Positions 1-9,026 of a stretch of DNA of 64,000 bases are shown here, in pieces. The stretch covers positions 7,340 to 71,339 of the IMG/VR virus record IMGVR_UViG_3300025868_000003. One strand, given 5' to 3'. Position 1 is the first letter of the stretch, and each line of letters starts with the position of its first letter. Source of the stretch: a virus. Its lineage: Duplodnaviria > Caudoviricetes. Position numbers and translations under genes: made by a program. Under the pieces are notes generated by a model. The model had not been told where the DNA came from and searched no databases. It saw nothing but the letters and a program-made list of their open reading frames with translations.

Positions 1-407
1 TGGGTATCACATAGGAATGGTCTAGACCATATAATGAAATGAGAAACCATGTCTGATATTAAATCACATGTTCCTTGATTCCTAGCCTCAATAACTATTT
101 GAGCAGATCCAGATACAAGAACCATATTAATCCTATCGTCACTACCATTGAGGGTGGCCGGTAGAGCCTCGGCTAGGTTATCTGTTATTCCAACCTTATT
201 AATCTGGTAGTCCCCCCTACCTATCAGAACCCTAGGATTTTTCTGGATAGCTATCTTATGAAAATTATTCAGGTGGTCTACCTCTATAGTTCGTACCTTC
301 TCATCAGAATCCCACACAAGGTCATAGTCTTTAGTATAGTTACTAAAGAAATACCTAAGTGGTTCTATGATTAGTTTTGAAACTAATAGAGGAGAAAAGG
401 ATGACAT
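1..407 (-). CDS. Partial CDS running off the window edge; putative tail terminator/completion protein
   Basis: Not in the ORF track. My translation gives MSSFSPLLVSKLIIEPLRYFF...SRPFLCDT, open to base 1. ATG overlaps the upstream TAA. Function inferred from position after the adaptor and stopper-like genes. Confidence 0.45.
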   Translation of the reverse strand, partial: MSSFSPLLVSKLIIEPLRYFFSNYTKDYDLVWDSDEKVRTIEVDHLNNFHKIAIQKNPRVLIGRGDYQINKVGITDNLAEALPATLNGSDDRINMVLVSGSAQIVIEARNQGTCDLISDMVSHFIIWSRPFLCDT

Positions 408-604
408 TAATTAACCCTAAGAGGGAATTTGCGTAGTGTAGCTAGGCCACCAGTAGGGATATGTCTATCCACCTGTCTCTGGATGATTTTACGGGCCTTA
501 CCTTTGAGCATATCTGACTCTAGCCTACTAGTGGTATTTATACCTTTAATTAGGTTACCGGCCCCTACAGTCATTGCAATTTTTTCCAAATACCTATTAC
601 TCAT
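407..604 (-). CDS. Small basic protein with NKYLEKIA-type leader (putative internal head protein)
   Basis: Starts MSNRYLEKIA; GGAG ribosome-binding site upstream. Confidence 0.65.
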   Translation of the reverse strand: MSNRYLEKIAMTVGAGNLIKGINTTSRLESDMLKGKARKIIQRQVDRHIPTGGLATLRKFPLRVN

Positions 605-614
605 AATATCTCCG

Positions 615-1511
615 TTAAATGTATTGTTGTGGGAAGTCTGGTAGATTTTTAGTCATAAGATTATATTCTACACTATCCTTACCAAGTTGTGTTAAAACCA
701 TTATCTGACTGACGGTGTTAGCCATTAGTTCAGTATTAGTCATTCTTTCTATAACGTATGCATTCCAGTCACCTACACGTATTACTATATCATTTAGTCT
801 GATCTCTGGTATAGATATACATCTAGCCCCTATTTGGTTAGGTTCCATTAGCCCATAGTAAGTACGCTGATCATCATTAGGGGTAGGTTCATACTGAAGG
901 TAGAATGGTACAGCATCAAAGTATCCCCCTTCAAAACTAGTTCCGAAACAGGTAGTGCAATGGTCCTTTATTACCTTCTCAGTCTTAGGATCCCAGCAGT
1001 TAGTACAACGTTTACCATAGTCCCTACGTCTAAATAAGTAGGACTTAACCCCTGAGAACTTGGACAATAGAATATACTGTCTACGCTGTATCTCGTTTGA
1101 GCGCAATGCAACCCAATTAGATTGGTATGTATCCCATGTTACTGAAGGGCTGCGCACCCTATGAGAACCTTTATCTAACAACAAAACTTCGACGGAATAA
1201 AAACCTCTGCTAAACTTAGAGTACTCCTTAGAGTACTCCTCTGTCAAAAAGGTGCCATTAATAGGTGTCGGATTTATAAGATCCCAGGGGCCATCCTCCG
1301 TCTGACTAAAGTATACGTTAAATACACACATGCCCCAAGTAGGAGGAACAGCCCACTCTATTGAAGTATGCTTATACCACCTCGGGAATACCCGTACGGA
1401 TACCGAGCTTGAAGTGTATATGTCATTAGATAAAGTTGAAGGGTATGCCCTAATACCTACGGTATTACCCTGTAATAAGAACCCTATATTAAATGAAGTA
1501 TTTAATGACAT
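615..1511 (-). CDS. Putative head-closure/neck protein with Cys4 Zn finger
   Basis: CTNC...CTTC; beta-rich C-terminal part; lies in the head-tail connector cluster. Confidence 0.5.
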   Translation of the reverse strand: MSLNTSFNIGFLLQGNTVGIRAYPSTLSNDIYTSSSVSVRVFPRWYKHTSIEWAVPPTWGMCVFNVYFSQTEDGPWDLINPTPINGTFLTEEYSKEYSKFSRGFYSVEVLLLDKGSHRVRSPSVTWDTYQSNWVALRSNEIQRRQYILLSKFSGVKSYLFRRRDYGKRCTNCWDPKTEKVIKDHCTTCFGTSFEGGYFDAVPFYLQYEPTPNDDQRTYYGLMEPNQIGARCISIPEIRLNDIVIRVGDWNAYVIERMTNTELMANTVSQIMVLTQLGKDSVEYNLMTKNLPDFPQQYI

Positions 1512-1519
1512 GCTCTATT

Positions 1520-2350
1520 TTAACACTTAGCGTCTAATCTCTCATGAGTTTTACCTAATAAGAGAAAACTCCACCCGGTGTAGTGAGGTGTTTTATTTTT
1601 GTATGACCTTATTACAGAACTTAACCCCAACCCGTGTTCTTTACAGAACCCTCGTATATTTCCCCGTATTAAATACTCATTACCCTCCGGGTCTACGGCA
1701 CTAACGTCTACTGACTTATAATTAACCCAGGAACTTCTATCTTGCCCTTTGAATCTGCTACTAGCATTAGCCTTTAGTACCGCAGCCCTCTCCTCTCCAT
1801 ATAAATCTTTGTAGGTTTTCCCTATTCTAAAGTTGTCTGGACTAGTCATAAGCTTACTCTTTTCCTCCCGTAGCTTTCTAGATAGTTCTACTCCGTATAC
1901 CTCATCATATGTTTTACCTTTAAGCCTATCGGTTAGCACCTTACTTAGTTGACTCTTTAATACTTTAGCTTTCTCCAAACCATACATCCCTTCAAATGTT
2001 TTCCCTAGGAAGTAGGAGTTATTAGCCCCCCAAAATATCTTACGATCAGTATCTGGGTCTATGTAGGTTCTATTTACACACAAAGGATTTCCCTTGTTTT
2101 CTTTTATCAGTACCTGTTCATACCAATACGATACCTCATGGTCCGTGCTCCTAAAAAGAATATATCCTTTGAAGTTACTTGGGTTCCTTATAATCCTCTT
2201 CTTTAGTGCTCCAGAAGTAAAATATTTAACTAGTAAATCTTGCTCAGGGGTACGCCTGGCTTTTATATTCCCTTTCCTAAATCCTATATAGAACTCCCCG
2301 GAGGTTAAGTCTAATACTTTATAAACATATGAGTAATATAATGCATCCAT
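1520..2350 (-). mobile_element. GIY-YIG (Seg-like) homing endonuclease
   Basis: N-terminal YVY..FYIG..YFTS; three GKT(F/Y)xxxYG NUMOD3-like repeats; C-terminal HTH-like segment. Confidence 0.75.
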
Positions 2351-2388
2351 GTTTATAGTTTAGTACACCCGGTGTGATGGATTAGCTA

Positions 2389-2413
2389 AATAATAAAGTA
2401 TAATTTGGTATAA
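2389..2413 (+). promoter_or_regulatory. Early/middle-type promoter (AATAA-N12-TGGTATAA)
   Basis: Matches the recurrent motif; lies 28 nt before the 2442 ORF. Confidence 0.6.
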
Positions 2414-2441
2414 CTAAACATAGACAATTAGGAGGTGGTAT

Positions 2442-3341
2442 ATGCAACAAGTAAAAGTAAGAGAATACTCAGATATTCATTTAGACCATTACAAACTCGG
2501 TAAACTGTGGTACCCGCCTGTTCTGCCAGACGATGCAGAGACTATATTAATACTAGCTGGTGATTTGTGGATCGGCACCAGGTTCATTGAGTGGGAAGAT
2601 ATATCTCATGAGACTACACTTTTGAAACCAGAAGACCTCAGGCCATCAGAGGTTGAAAGAGGTACTTGGATCGAGAAGGTTGCGTGTAGGTTTAAGCAGG
2701 TACTAATAGTATTGGGTAACCATGACTACTGGCCTATTAACCACGGTGGTTTAACAATCAGAAGGGGTGGGGAGAAGTGTAATGAGCTTTTAGCTGATAG
2801 GGGGCTACACAATGTTAAAGTCCTTGATTGTGATACCTATGTGGATGGTGACTTTCTGTTCATCGGCTGCACTCTGTGGACAGACATGAATAAGAGGGCC
2901 CCCCTCTCCATGATGAATATGAACCGCGTCATGGCATACGATGGGAAAATTGCATATGAAACTGGTCCTAACGGACAGTGGGATAGGTTTACCTCTGAGC
3001 GCTGGGTTCATACTCATTCTAAGCATAGGGAATACATACGCTTGGTGGCTGGACAAAATCCTGACAAGACGGCGGTAGTAATAACCCACCATCTGCCTAT
3101 GTTCAGCCTATGTGATCCGAGGTATAAAGGAGATTCTTCTAACTGCTACTATGCTTCAGACTTGAGTGACTTGATTATGGATAACCCTAATATCAAGAAC
3201 TGGTTCTATGGCCATACTCATTATCAGGATACTGCGGTATTTGGAGAATGTGTGCTGATAAATAACTGTATAGGGTATTCTGGTGAAATGAATGAAGCCA
3301 GAGGATTGGTTAAACATGAGACTTTGGTTCTTAGTAGCTAA
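2442..3341 (+). CDS. Calcineurin-like metallophosphoesterase
   Basis: SDIH, AGD, GNHD, THH and GHTH motifs; inserted against the strand of the structural module with its own promoter and terminator. Confidence 0.9.
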   Translation: MQQVKVREYSDIHLDHYKLGKLWYPPVLPDDAETILILAGDLWIGTRFIEWEDISHETTLLKPEDLRPSEVERGTWIEKVACRFKQVLIVLGNHDYWPINHGGLTIRRGGEKCNELLADRGLHNVKVLDCDTYVDGDFLFIGCTLWTDMNKRAPLSMMNMNRVMAYDGKIAYETGPNGQWDRFTSERWVHTHSKHREYIRLVAGQNPDKTAVVITHHLPMFSLCDPRYKGDSSNCYYASDLSDLIMDNPNIKNWFYGHTHYQDTAVFGECVLINNCIGYSGEMNEARGLVKHETLVLSS

Positions 3342-3344
3342 AGA

Positions 3345-3375
3345 AAAAGCCTGGATAACTCCAGGCCTTTCTTTT
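3345..3375. terminator. Bidirectional intrinsic terminator
   Basis: A-tract GCCTGGA-taac-TCCAGGC T-tract between convergent genes. Confidence 0.75.
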
Positions 3376-3431
3376 AGATTAAGACGGTAAGCATAAACGC
3401 TCAATTGTTTATGTACGGGACATTAATCTAT

Positions 3432-3875
3432 TTACCATATCGGGAAGAGGCTTGCGTCTCCACGAACATTACCCCAACCGGATTCCATATTAACGTGTGT
3501 TTTTAGAATTCTCATTTGGTCATTAAAGTTCTGATGGAAACCGTTAGCCAGAGTTTTATACATCTCCATTTTCTCCTCAATAGGAATCTGTACACCACCA
3601 TCGGAATATGACAGTGTATTTCTTGCAAATTCTGCGGCCTTACCCTCAAACATCTTCCATAGCGTCCCCCATAGTAGAACTGATTTAGAGGGGAAATTAG
3701 CGGTACTATAAGCCGTGAATGGTGGGTTGGTATTATACTCATCCACGGCTAATACCATGCATAGGGAGATACGGGTATCAGAAAACTCCTCACCTTCAAT
3801 TAAGCGGTTGTTCTGGGCATAATCTCCCAGGTACTCTCGTACTTCATCTACGGTTAAAAGTTGTATAGTGGCCAT
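3432..3875 (-). CDS. Putative head-tail adaptor
   Basis: 147 aa, helical; LTVDEVREYLGD start typical of adaptors; downstream of the capsid gene. Confidence 0.55.
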   Translation of the reverse strand: MATIQLLTVDEVREYLGDYAQNNRLIEGEEFSDTRISLCMVLAVDEYNTNPPFTAYSTANFPSKSVLLWGTLWKMFEGKAAEFARNTLSYSDGGVQIPIEEKMEMYKTLANGFHQNFNDQMRILKTHVNMESGWGNVRGDASLFPIW

Positions 3876-3955
3876 GATTGTATTTTAGTTTAGAAGAAAC
3901 AAAAACCGGCCCTAAGGCCGGAAAGTATTCCAAGTTATGTGTAGGACTACTTTGT

Positions 3956-4429
3956 TTACTTAGAAGACCTAGAGGCTTTAGAAGCCTTAGGCGCTGGTGT
4001 AGGAGTAGGCTCAGCCACTACTTCAGCTACCACTTCGGCCACTACTTCAGCGACAGGGGGGGTATTTGTAGACTCTACCGGGGTACCGATAGCAGTGCCT
4101 TCTGCACCGCCTTGAGGAATGCCATCATTTTGACCTAGTTCAGTGGTAGTAGCTGCTGGAACTTCCACTTTGTTAGCTTGCTGAGCTTTTAGCTCATCAA
4201 TAGTCAGGCCACCTTTAGTGCTGTTCACAGTTACTTGGATTGGAGCTACTTCAGCAGCGGCGATAACACCGTCCACGCGTTTTGCCCAACCACGTGAGAT
4301 TGCGTCAGCAATAGAGACTTCTTTGTAATCTTCATCTGTAAGGGGGTTAACGTTTGTTGCGCCAGCAGCCAATTTAAGGTATCCTGCTTTTAGGACTAGA
4401 GTGTGGCTCAGTGTGTTTTGAATGTACAT
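3956..4429 (-). CDS. Hypothetical virion protein with low-complexity tail
   Basis: EVVA x3 and a Pro/Ala/Lys tail; AAGGA ribosome-binding site; hairpin at about 3900-3925. Confidence 0.6.
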   Translation of the reverse strand: MYIQNTLSHTLVLKAGYLKLAAGATNVNPLTDEDYKEVSIADAISRGWAKRVDGVIAAAEVAPIQVTVNSTKGGLTIDELKAQQANKVEVPAATTTELGQNDGIPQGGAEGTAIGTPVESTNTPPVAEVVAEVVAEVVAEPTPTPAPKASKASRSSK

Positions 4430-4498
4430 TTTGTTTCCTTTATGTTATGTAAGAAGACCTAATTCTAATATGTCTCTACAGTTTAGTCAATACATATT

Positions 4499-4852
4499 TT
4501 AGTATACTTGACTATTTTGTGCATTAGATAGTATCTTCCTCATAATTCTCTCATCATTATTCTGTTGGTACTTATGAATACCTAGGTATCCTGCGGTACC
4601 AGTCCCACCCACAGCTAGGGCAGTACGTATACGAGTATTACGGGAAGCAGTAGAGGCGGCATCAGACAGCTCCTTAGCCTTACGCATGGTAGAAGCTGGG
4701 ATGCCGTTGCCGAGATGAGCTGCGTCCTTCAGGGAGTTGTGTATAGTCTTTGCACGACCGGCAGAGTGGCCTATCAGTCTATCTCCAAATCCGAAGATAG
4801 AGTTTATAACTCCGTCAGACTTGGATGCTATCTTTTCTAAGTATTTATTCAT
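4499..4852 (-). CDS. NKYLEKIA-leader protein with Gly-rich hydrophobic helix
   Basis: MNKYLEKIA start at 4852; ALAVGGTGTAGYLGI helix. Confidence 0.75.
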   Translation of the reverse strand: MNKYLEKIASKSDGVINSIFGFGDRLIGHSAGRAKTIHNSLKDAAHLGNGIPASTMRKAKELSDAASTASRNTRIRTALAVGGTGTAGYLGIHKYQQNNDERIMRKILSNAQNSQVY

Positions 4853-4865
4853 AACCATATTTTAC

Positions 4866-4890
4866 ATTAAGAACCGCTTTTTTGGTATAA
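4866..4890 (+). promoter_or_regulatory. ATTAA-N12-TGGTATAA promoter with no downstream ORF
   Basis: Exact consensus match; back-to-back with the TAAAAT motif at 4859-4864 on the minus strand. Confidence 0.6.
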
Positions 4891-5155
4891 GTATATTGCA
4901 GTAGGGTGATTATACCCCACCAGACTACATAGGTGAGGTACATCTTATAATAACAAAAATGATTTGGGAGAATCGAGGTGTTCTATAAACTGTTGGAAGT
5001 TTTCCGTAGTACCAACAATCCCAGATCGTGAATACTACACCGGCGGAAGCCGGGCTTAGTTTATCTAATAAAGCTTTCTGATAACTACTACAATTTATGG
5101 ACGTAAAAAAGCCCAGATTTCTCCAGGCCTTTTAGTGTTACTTTCTAAAAATTTC

Positions 5156-6049
5156 TTAGAAATTGAGAACTTGCACAGCTGATACGTTTCCGAGTGAACT
5201 TCCGATAGCCTCGTAAGTTTGGAACTGGATCATATCCGCTTCTGTCTTGAGGAAAACTGTAGGTTCCTGCAAACTAAAGAAATTTCCGGTGTACTCTTGA
5301 GGGGCAAACACCAGAGCTTGGTTAGTCGGCAAGATGTCAGTCTTATTAGTCGTGATAATTTTGTATCCAAAAAAATTGTCAAGGCTAGCTTGGCCGCGGA
5401 ACAACTCGGAAGCTGCTGCAGAACCAATTTGAGTAGCTGGTTGAGCCAACAGGTCAGCGTACATGCTTTGAGTCATCAAGATGCAACCAACAGGCAGCTT
5501 CTTCTCCAACAGGAACTTGATACCAGCGTTCAGGTTAGCTACGTTGAAACCACCAGAGATGGTGTGAACGTTGCTGTTAGCAGTAGCCACTGTCAAGCAG
5601 TTGTTATAGAAGTTCTTGTCTTCTTGCTCTTGCAGATCCTTAACAGAGTTCTCTTGAAGGATAGTGCGGATGTCGGTACGGTATGTAGCCAACTCGAACT
5701 TAGACTTCTTGAATTCAGCAGAGCTGATCTTCTGGAAAGTTACTGCATAACGAGAACCTGTAAAGTAGCGAATCTCAGCACGAGACAAGAAAGGCAAGTT
5801 TGCAGCAACGCTGTCTGGCTCTTTCTCTACGATTACTTGTGGCTCTTCGCTCAGTTGACGATCTAGCTCGGAAGCAGTGATCGAAACTGGAGTCAGGATC
5901 TTACGTGTGAAACCATCTTCACGCAGTTTTTGACGCACGAATGCGGACATTGCTGCGCCGGCTTCTTTTTCCATACCTTGGTCAATCTTGTCCAGGAAGG
6001 ACTGGTTGATGAATTGGGTATTGATTGTTTCGGTTGTGTAGTTACTCAT
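5156..6049 (-). CDS. Major capsid protein (HK97/encapsulin-like fold)
   Basis: 297 aa; LREDGFTRKIL, spine-helix-like QENSVKDLQEQEDKNF, FFGYKII; follows protease, scaffold and decoration genes. Confidence 0.8.
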   Translation of the reverse strand: MSNYTTETINTQFINQSFLDKIDQGMEKEAGAAMSAFVRQKLREDGFTRKILTPVSITASELDRQLSEEPQVIVEKEPDSVAANLPFLSRAEIRYFTGSRYAVTFQKISSAEFKKSKFELATYRTDIRTILQENSVKDLQEQEDKNFYNNCLTVATANSNVHTISGGFNVANLNAGIKFLLEKKLPVGCILMTQSMYADLLAQPATQIGSAAASELFRGQASLDNFFGYKIITTNKTDILPTNQALVFAPQEYTGNFFSLQEPTVFLKTEADMIQFQTYEAIGSSLGNVSAVQVLNF

Positions 6050-6061
6050 ATCTTTCTCCTA

Positions 6062-6502
6062 TTAAGCTACTTTAACAACGATATGAGCAGTTTCTGTAGT
6101 GCTGGCTGCAACAACATCCAACACCACGCCAACCACAACTTCACCATTATCAGTAGCAGTATCCAAAGTTGCTAGAGTCAGCTTACCCAACTTAACAGTC
6201 ACAGGTGCACCAGGTGCATATGCGCCAGCAGTAAAGTTCGACACTTTAGCAATGAAATTACCCCATAGAACTTCTGCTTTACCAGAGTTCAGTGCGGAAC
6301 CGGAATCACCGTTACCAACAACAACCAAACCAGCGCTACGGTTAGCGTATGTTACATCGCCCGCATCTACTGTACCGTCTGCTTGCTTTACGACCCAGTC
6401 ACCATTAACCAGTGTAGAGCCAGTCTTGATCAGCTCAGCACGATTAAGGGAACCGTCGTATGGCCAGCCACGGATAATTTCTGCCGTTCTTTCCATTTTC
6501 AT
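6062..6502 (-). CDS. Putative head decoration/cement protein
   Basis: 146 aa, Gly/Ala/Val-rich and beta-like; immediately upstream of the capsid gene. Confidence 0.6.
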   Translation of the reverse strand: MKMERTAEIIRGWPYDGSLNRAELIKTGSTLVNGDWVVKQADGTVDAGDVTYANRSAGLVVVGNGDSGSALNSGKAEVLWGNFIAKVSNFTAGAYAPGAPVTVKLGKLTLATLDTATDNGEVVVGVVLDVVAASTTETAHIVVKVA

Positions 6503-6639
6503 GGTTATATTTCCTTTTAGTTAATTATTTAGATCGAACTAATTATTAGATCAACCAAGGACATTTACTGCCCTGAACTTGTAGAACATAAAGTTCTATA
6601 AATGTATTTTAGTATGGAATTACAGAGTAATAACATTTT

Positions 6640-7737
6640 TTATGCATATTGATACTGCACTTGATCCCTATTACCAGATCTTCCAGCCAGTATACCTGCA
6701 CCTAGAGCAGCGCCAGCAGCCGTTAGTGGGTTCCTTTTAATAAGGCCTACTGCTTTACCTAATATACCCTTGACGCCAGTTTTCTCAGCATTTGCAGCTA
6801 TGGTAGCTTTATTAGCTTTGAAATCTTCTAAACGTTTTCCAAGAGACTTGTTTAGAGTAGAGTCGCCAGTCACTTTGATCTTGCCATCAGATATCCTAGT
6901 AGGACTGGTCTTACCTAAACCCATAAAACCAGACTTACCTGGTATAATCTTAGATCCACCAGTTCTGAAAGAGTTAGAGGGTGCTGTAGAAGCATGGGAT
7001 GCCATAATGGAAGCATTACTAGCTCCTCCTGCACGAGAGTCACCGAAGCTCATTCCCTTAGACTCTAGATGCTGTTTATATTTATTAGCAGCAATCTTTT
7101 CTAGGTAAGGGTTACCAAACGAAGCTTGTTTTTCTGAACCATATTTGCCAGCAGCTATATCTTTCTTGAGTTGAGTTTCTAGATTACCACCACGTTTCCA
7201 ATGGTCATAGGCACTTTTATCTGAGCCGACTATTACCCCAACTAGTCCTCCAACCAAGGCTCCAATCAGCCTATTTTCAGGCGTGACTAAAGCTCCAGCA
7301 CCTGCCCCTATAGCAGCTCCACCTAAATTCTGTCCAATATGGGTTTTCCAATCCGTACCATCAAGGGAAGTCTTTGAGACTTTATCTAAGGTGGAGTCAT
7401 AGCCCTTCTCTTTAAGCCTGTTGTTTATACCTACCGCCCCTGTAAAAAATCTATTAGTACCACTACCCATTGCATAGTCTAAGTCTTCTTGGTTAGCCGC
7501 TAGTTTTTCTAAATAAGAGTTACCTAAAACTGAATCAATGTTTATATCTCCATCATCACTATGAGGTCTTACGTTATACGTTAACGCCAATTTTTCTAAG
7601 TACTGGTTATCAAATGAAGCCTGTTTTCCCATATCATCAAACGGGTGGGTAGGATTAGACTTACTTACTGCACCGGTTGCATTTACGAGATTCGTATCGC
7701 TACCTGTAGTAATCCTCTCTATGTATTTATTTCCCAT
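6640..7737 (-). CDS. Putative polyprotein with four NxYLEK(I/L)A-type motifs and Gly-zipper helices
   Basis: NKYIERIT, KQASFDNQYLEKLA, GNSYLEKLA, KQASFGNPYLEKIA. Start moved to 7737 to avoid overlap with the upstream gene. Confidence 0.75.
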   Translation of the reverse strand: MGNKYIERITTGSDTNLVNATGAVSKSNPTHPFDDMGKQASFDNQYLEKLALTYNVRPHSDDGDINIDSVLGNSYLEKLAANQEDLDYAMGSGTNRFFTGAVGINNRLKEKGYDSTLDKVSKTSLDGTDWKTHIGQNLGGAAIGAGAGALVTPENRLIGALVGGLVGVIVGSDKSAYDHWKRGGNLETQLKKDIAAGKYGSEKQASFGNPYLEKIAANKYKQHLESKGMSFGDSRAGGASNASIMASHASTAPSNSFRTGGSKIIPGKSGFMGLGKTSPTRISDGKIKVTGDSTLNKSLGKRLEDFKANKATIAANAEKTGVKGILGKAVGLIKRNPLTAAGAALGAGILAGRSGNRDQVQYQYA

Positions 7738-7750
7738 TTTCTTCACCATA

Positions 7751-8347
7751 TTAAGCAACGCAGAATTCAAGAATAGGATCCGTCTTAGGTCTTGCAACTC
7801 CAGCAGCTTTACCCATCTCCCATGCAGGCTCTAGAGCCGATGCAACCTTATCTAACACAGTAGTGCTGACACCCTGTAGTTCAATCAGATCTTCCTTGGT
7901 CAACATACCGGACTTGGCAACTTTCTCCATAGACTGAGGTAGGTTGAACTCTTTTTCCGGGGTATTAGCTTCAGCAACTTTAACCATGTTTTTCAGGTCA
8001 TGAATTTCTGACTCCAACTCTTCCACATACTCAGCTACTTTAATCAGTAACTCCGCTTCTGGACTAGCAGTAACTTCAGATGCTTCTTTAACCAGAGATA
8101 CACTAGTCAGGTTCTTAACGTTGATATTAGCAGCCTTAACCATTGCCACTGCCTTGTCGATGTCGATACCTGACATGACTAGGTGTTCTGTAGCCTCTTT
8201 TTCCATTTCCATTTGTAGAACTTCTGCACGAGCCACGTCTTCAGAAAGACCTGCTTGTTTCAAAAGTTCAACCGCAGCCTCAGTCTCCGAAACTTCAGGA
8301 GTGTGCAAGATTTCTGCATATGCACGTAATTCTTGTGTTAGTGACAT
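7751..8347 (-). CDS. Scaffold-like acidic helical protein with repeated K-x-A sites
   Basis: LKQAG, EKEAT, VKEAS, IKVAE, VKVAE, EKVAK, DKVAS. Confidence 0.6.
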   Translation of the reverse strand: MSLTQELRAYAEILHTPEVSETEAAVELLKQAGLSEDVARAEVLQMEMEKEATEHLVMSGIDIDKAVAMVKAANINVKNLTSVSLVKEASEVTASPEAELLIKVAEYVEELESEIHDLKNMVKVAEANTPEKEFNLPQSMEKVAKSGMLTKEDLIELQGVSTTVLDKVASALEPAWEMGKAAGVARPKTDPILEFCVA

Positions 8348-8388
8348 TTCATTTATCCTTTTTTCTTTTATTGTCTCTAGTAGACACT

Positions 8389-8739
8389 TTAGCAGCAGCT
8401 ACTCCCGTACCGACAGTAGTGGCCGAGGACACTTCTATTGATAAGTCTTCGGATATGCATAGCTGCCATACGCCCAGCTTCATCAGCTAGTCCAGCCCTC
8501 TTCTCAATACTCCTATTAACCTTAACCGCAGCTACATCACCTACCAAACCTAATGCCCCAACAGTAACACCAGCCTTGAGCCAGCTTGGTGCCTTCCAGC
8601 TAGAAATAGATTTAGTTTTAGATAGCATGTCACCACCTATGCCTGTACCTAGTCCAGTAGTAGCTATGATAGCTGTTTGTTTGATCTCTTTTTTAGCATC
8701 TTCAGAGAGAGCGGCTATTTTGGTTAGGTATTTGTTCAT
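8389..8739 (-). CDS. NKYLTKIA-leader Gly-zipper protein (C-terminus probably frameshifted)
   Basis: MNKYLTKIA; two Gly-rich hydrophobic helices; a neighbouring frame gives a better C-terminus ending at 8349. Confidence 0.65.
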   Translation of the reverse strand: MNKYLTKIAALSEDAKKEIKQTAIIATTGLGTGIGGDMLSKTKSISSWKAPSWLKAGVTVGALGLVGDVAAVKVNRSIEKRAGLADEAGRMAAMHIRRLINRSVLGHYCRYGSSCC

Positions 8740-8954
8740 GATTTCCTAAGCTCGTATTTGCTAATGGTTTCTCTGATAGCACCGAGGTTTCTACCCTTAA
8801 ATTTGCGTATAGCTGCAAGGGACCCGGCCCCGACTAAGGTACCTAGGGCAAAACTGGGGGCTTTACCTTTAAGATCATCATACATCCCGTTAGCCTTAGA
8901 AGCATTTGCACTTATGGTGCTGGCAATCTTCTCTAAATACTTATTGTGTTCCAC
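8736..8954 (-). CDS. Small NKYLEKIA-leader protein
   Basis: Probable GTG start at 8954 (MEHNKYLEKIA), after a terminator-like hairpin at about 8970-9003; FALGTLVGAGSLAAI helix. Confidence 0.65.
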   Translation of the reverse strand: MEHNKYLEKIASTISANASKANGMYDDLKGKAPSFALGTLVGAGSLAAIRKFKGRNLGAIRETISKYELRKS

Positions 8955-9026
8955 AGCTTCGTCCCTAATAAAAAGAGGGCGGGCCAATAGCTCCACCCTC
9001 TTAAGGTATTACTTTAACGATACGTC

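Noticed and set aside
5219-5866. Long plus-strand ORFs opposite structural genes (also 6099-6524, 8758-9498, 9642-10055) and 59304-59927 opposite the primase
   Set aside because: Antisense shadows of well-supported genes, with no ribosome-binding site or recognisable motifs.
5156-6049. Bacterial encapsulin operon
   Set aside because: Portal, protease, scaffold, decoration and neck genes surround it, so it is a phage capsid.
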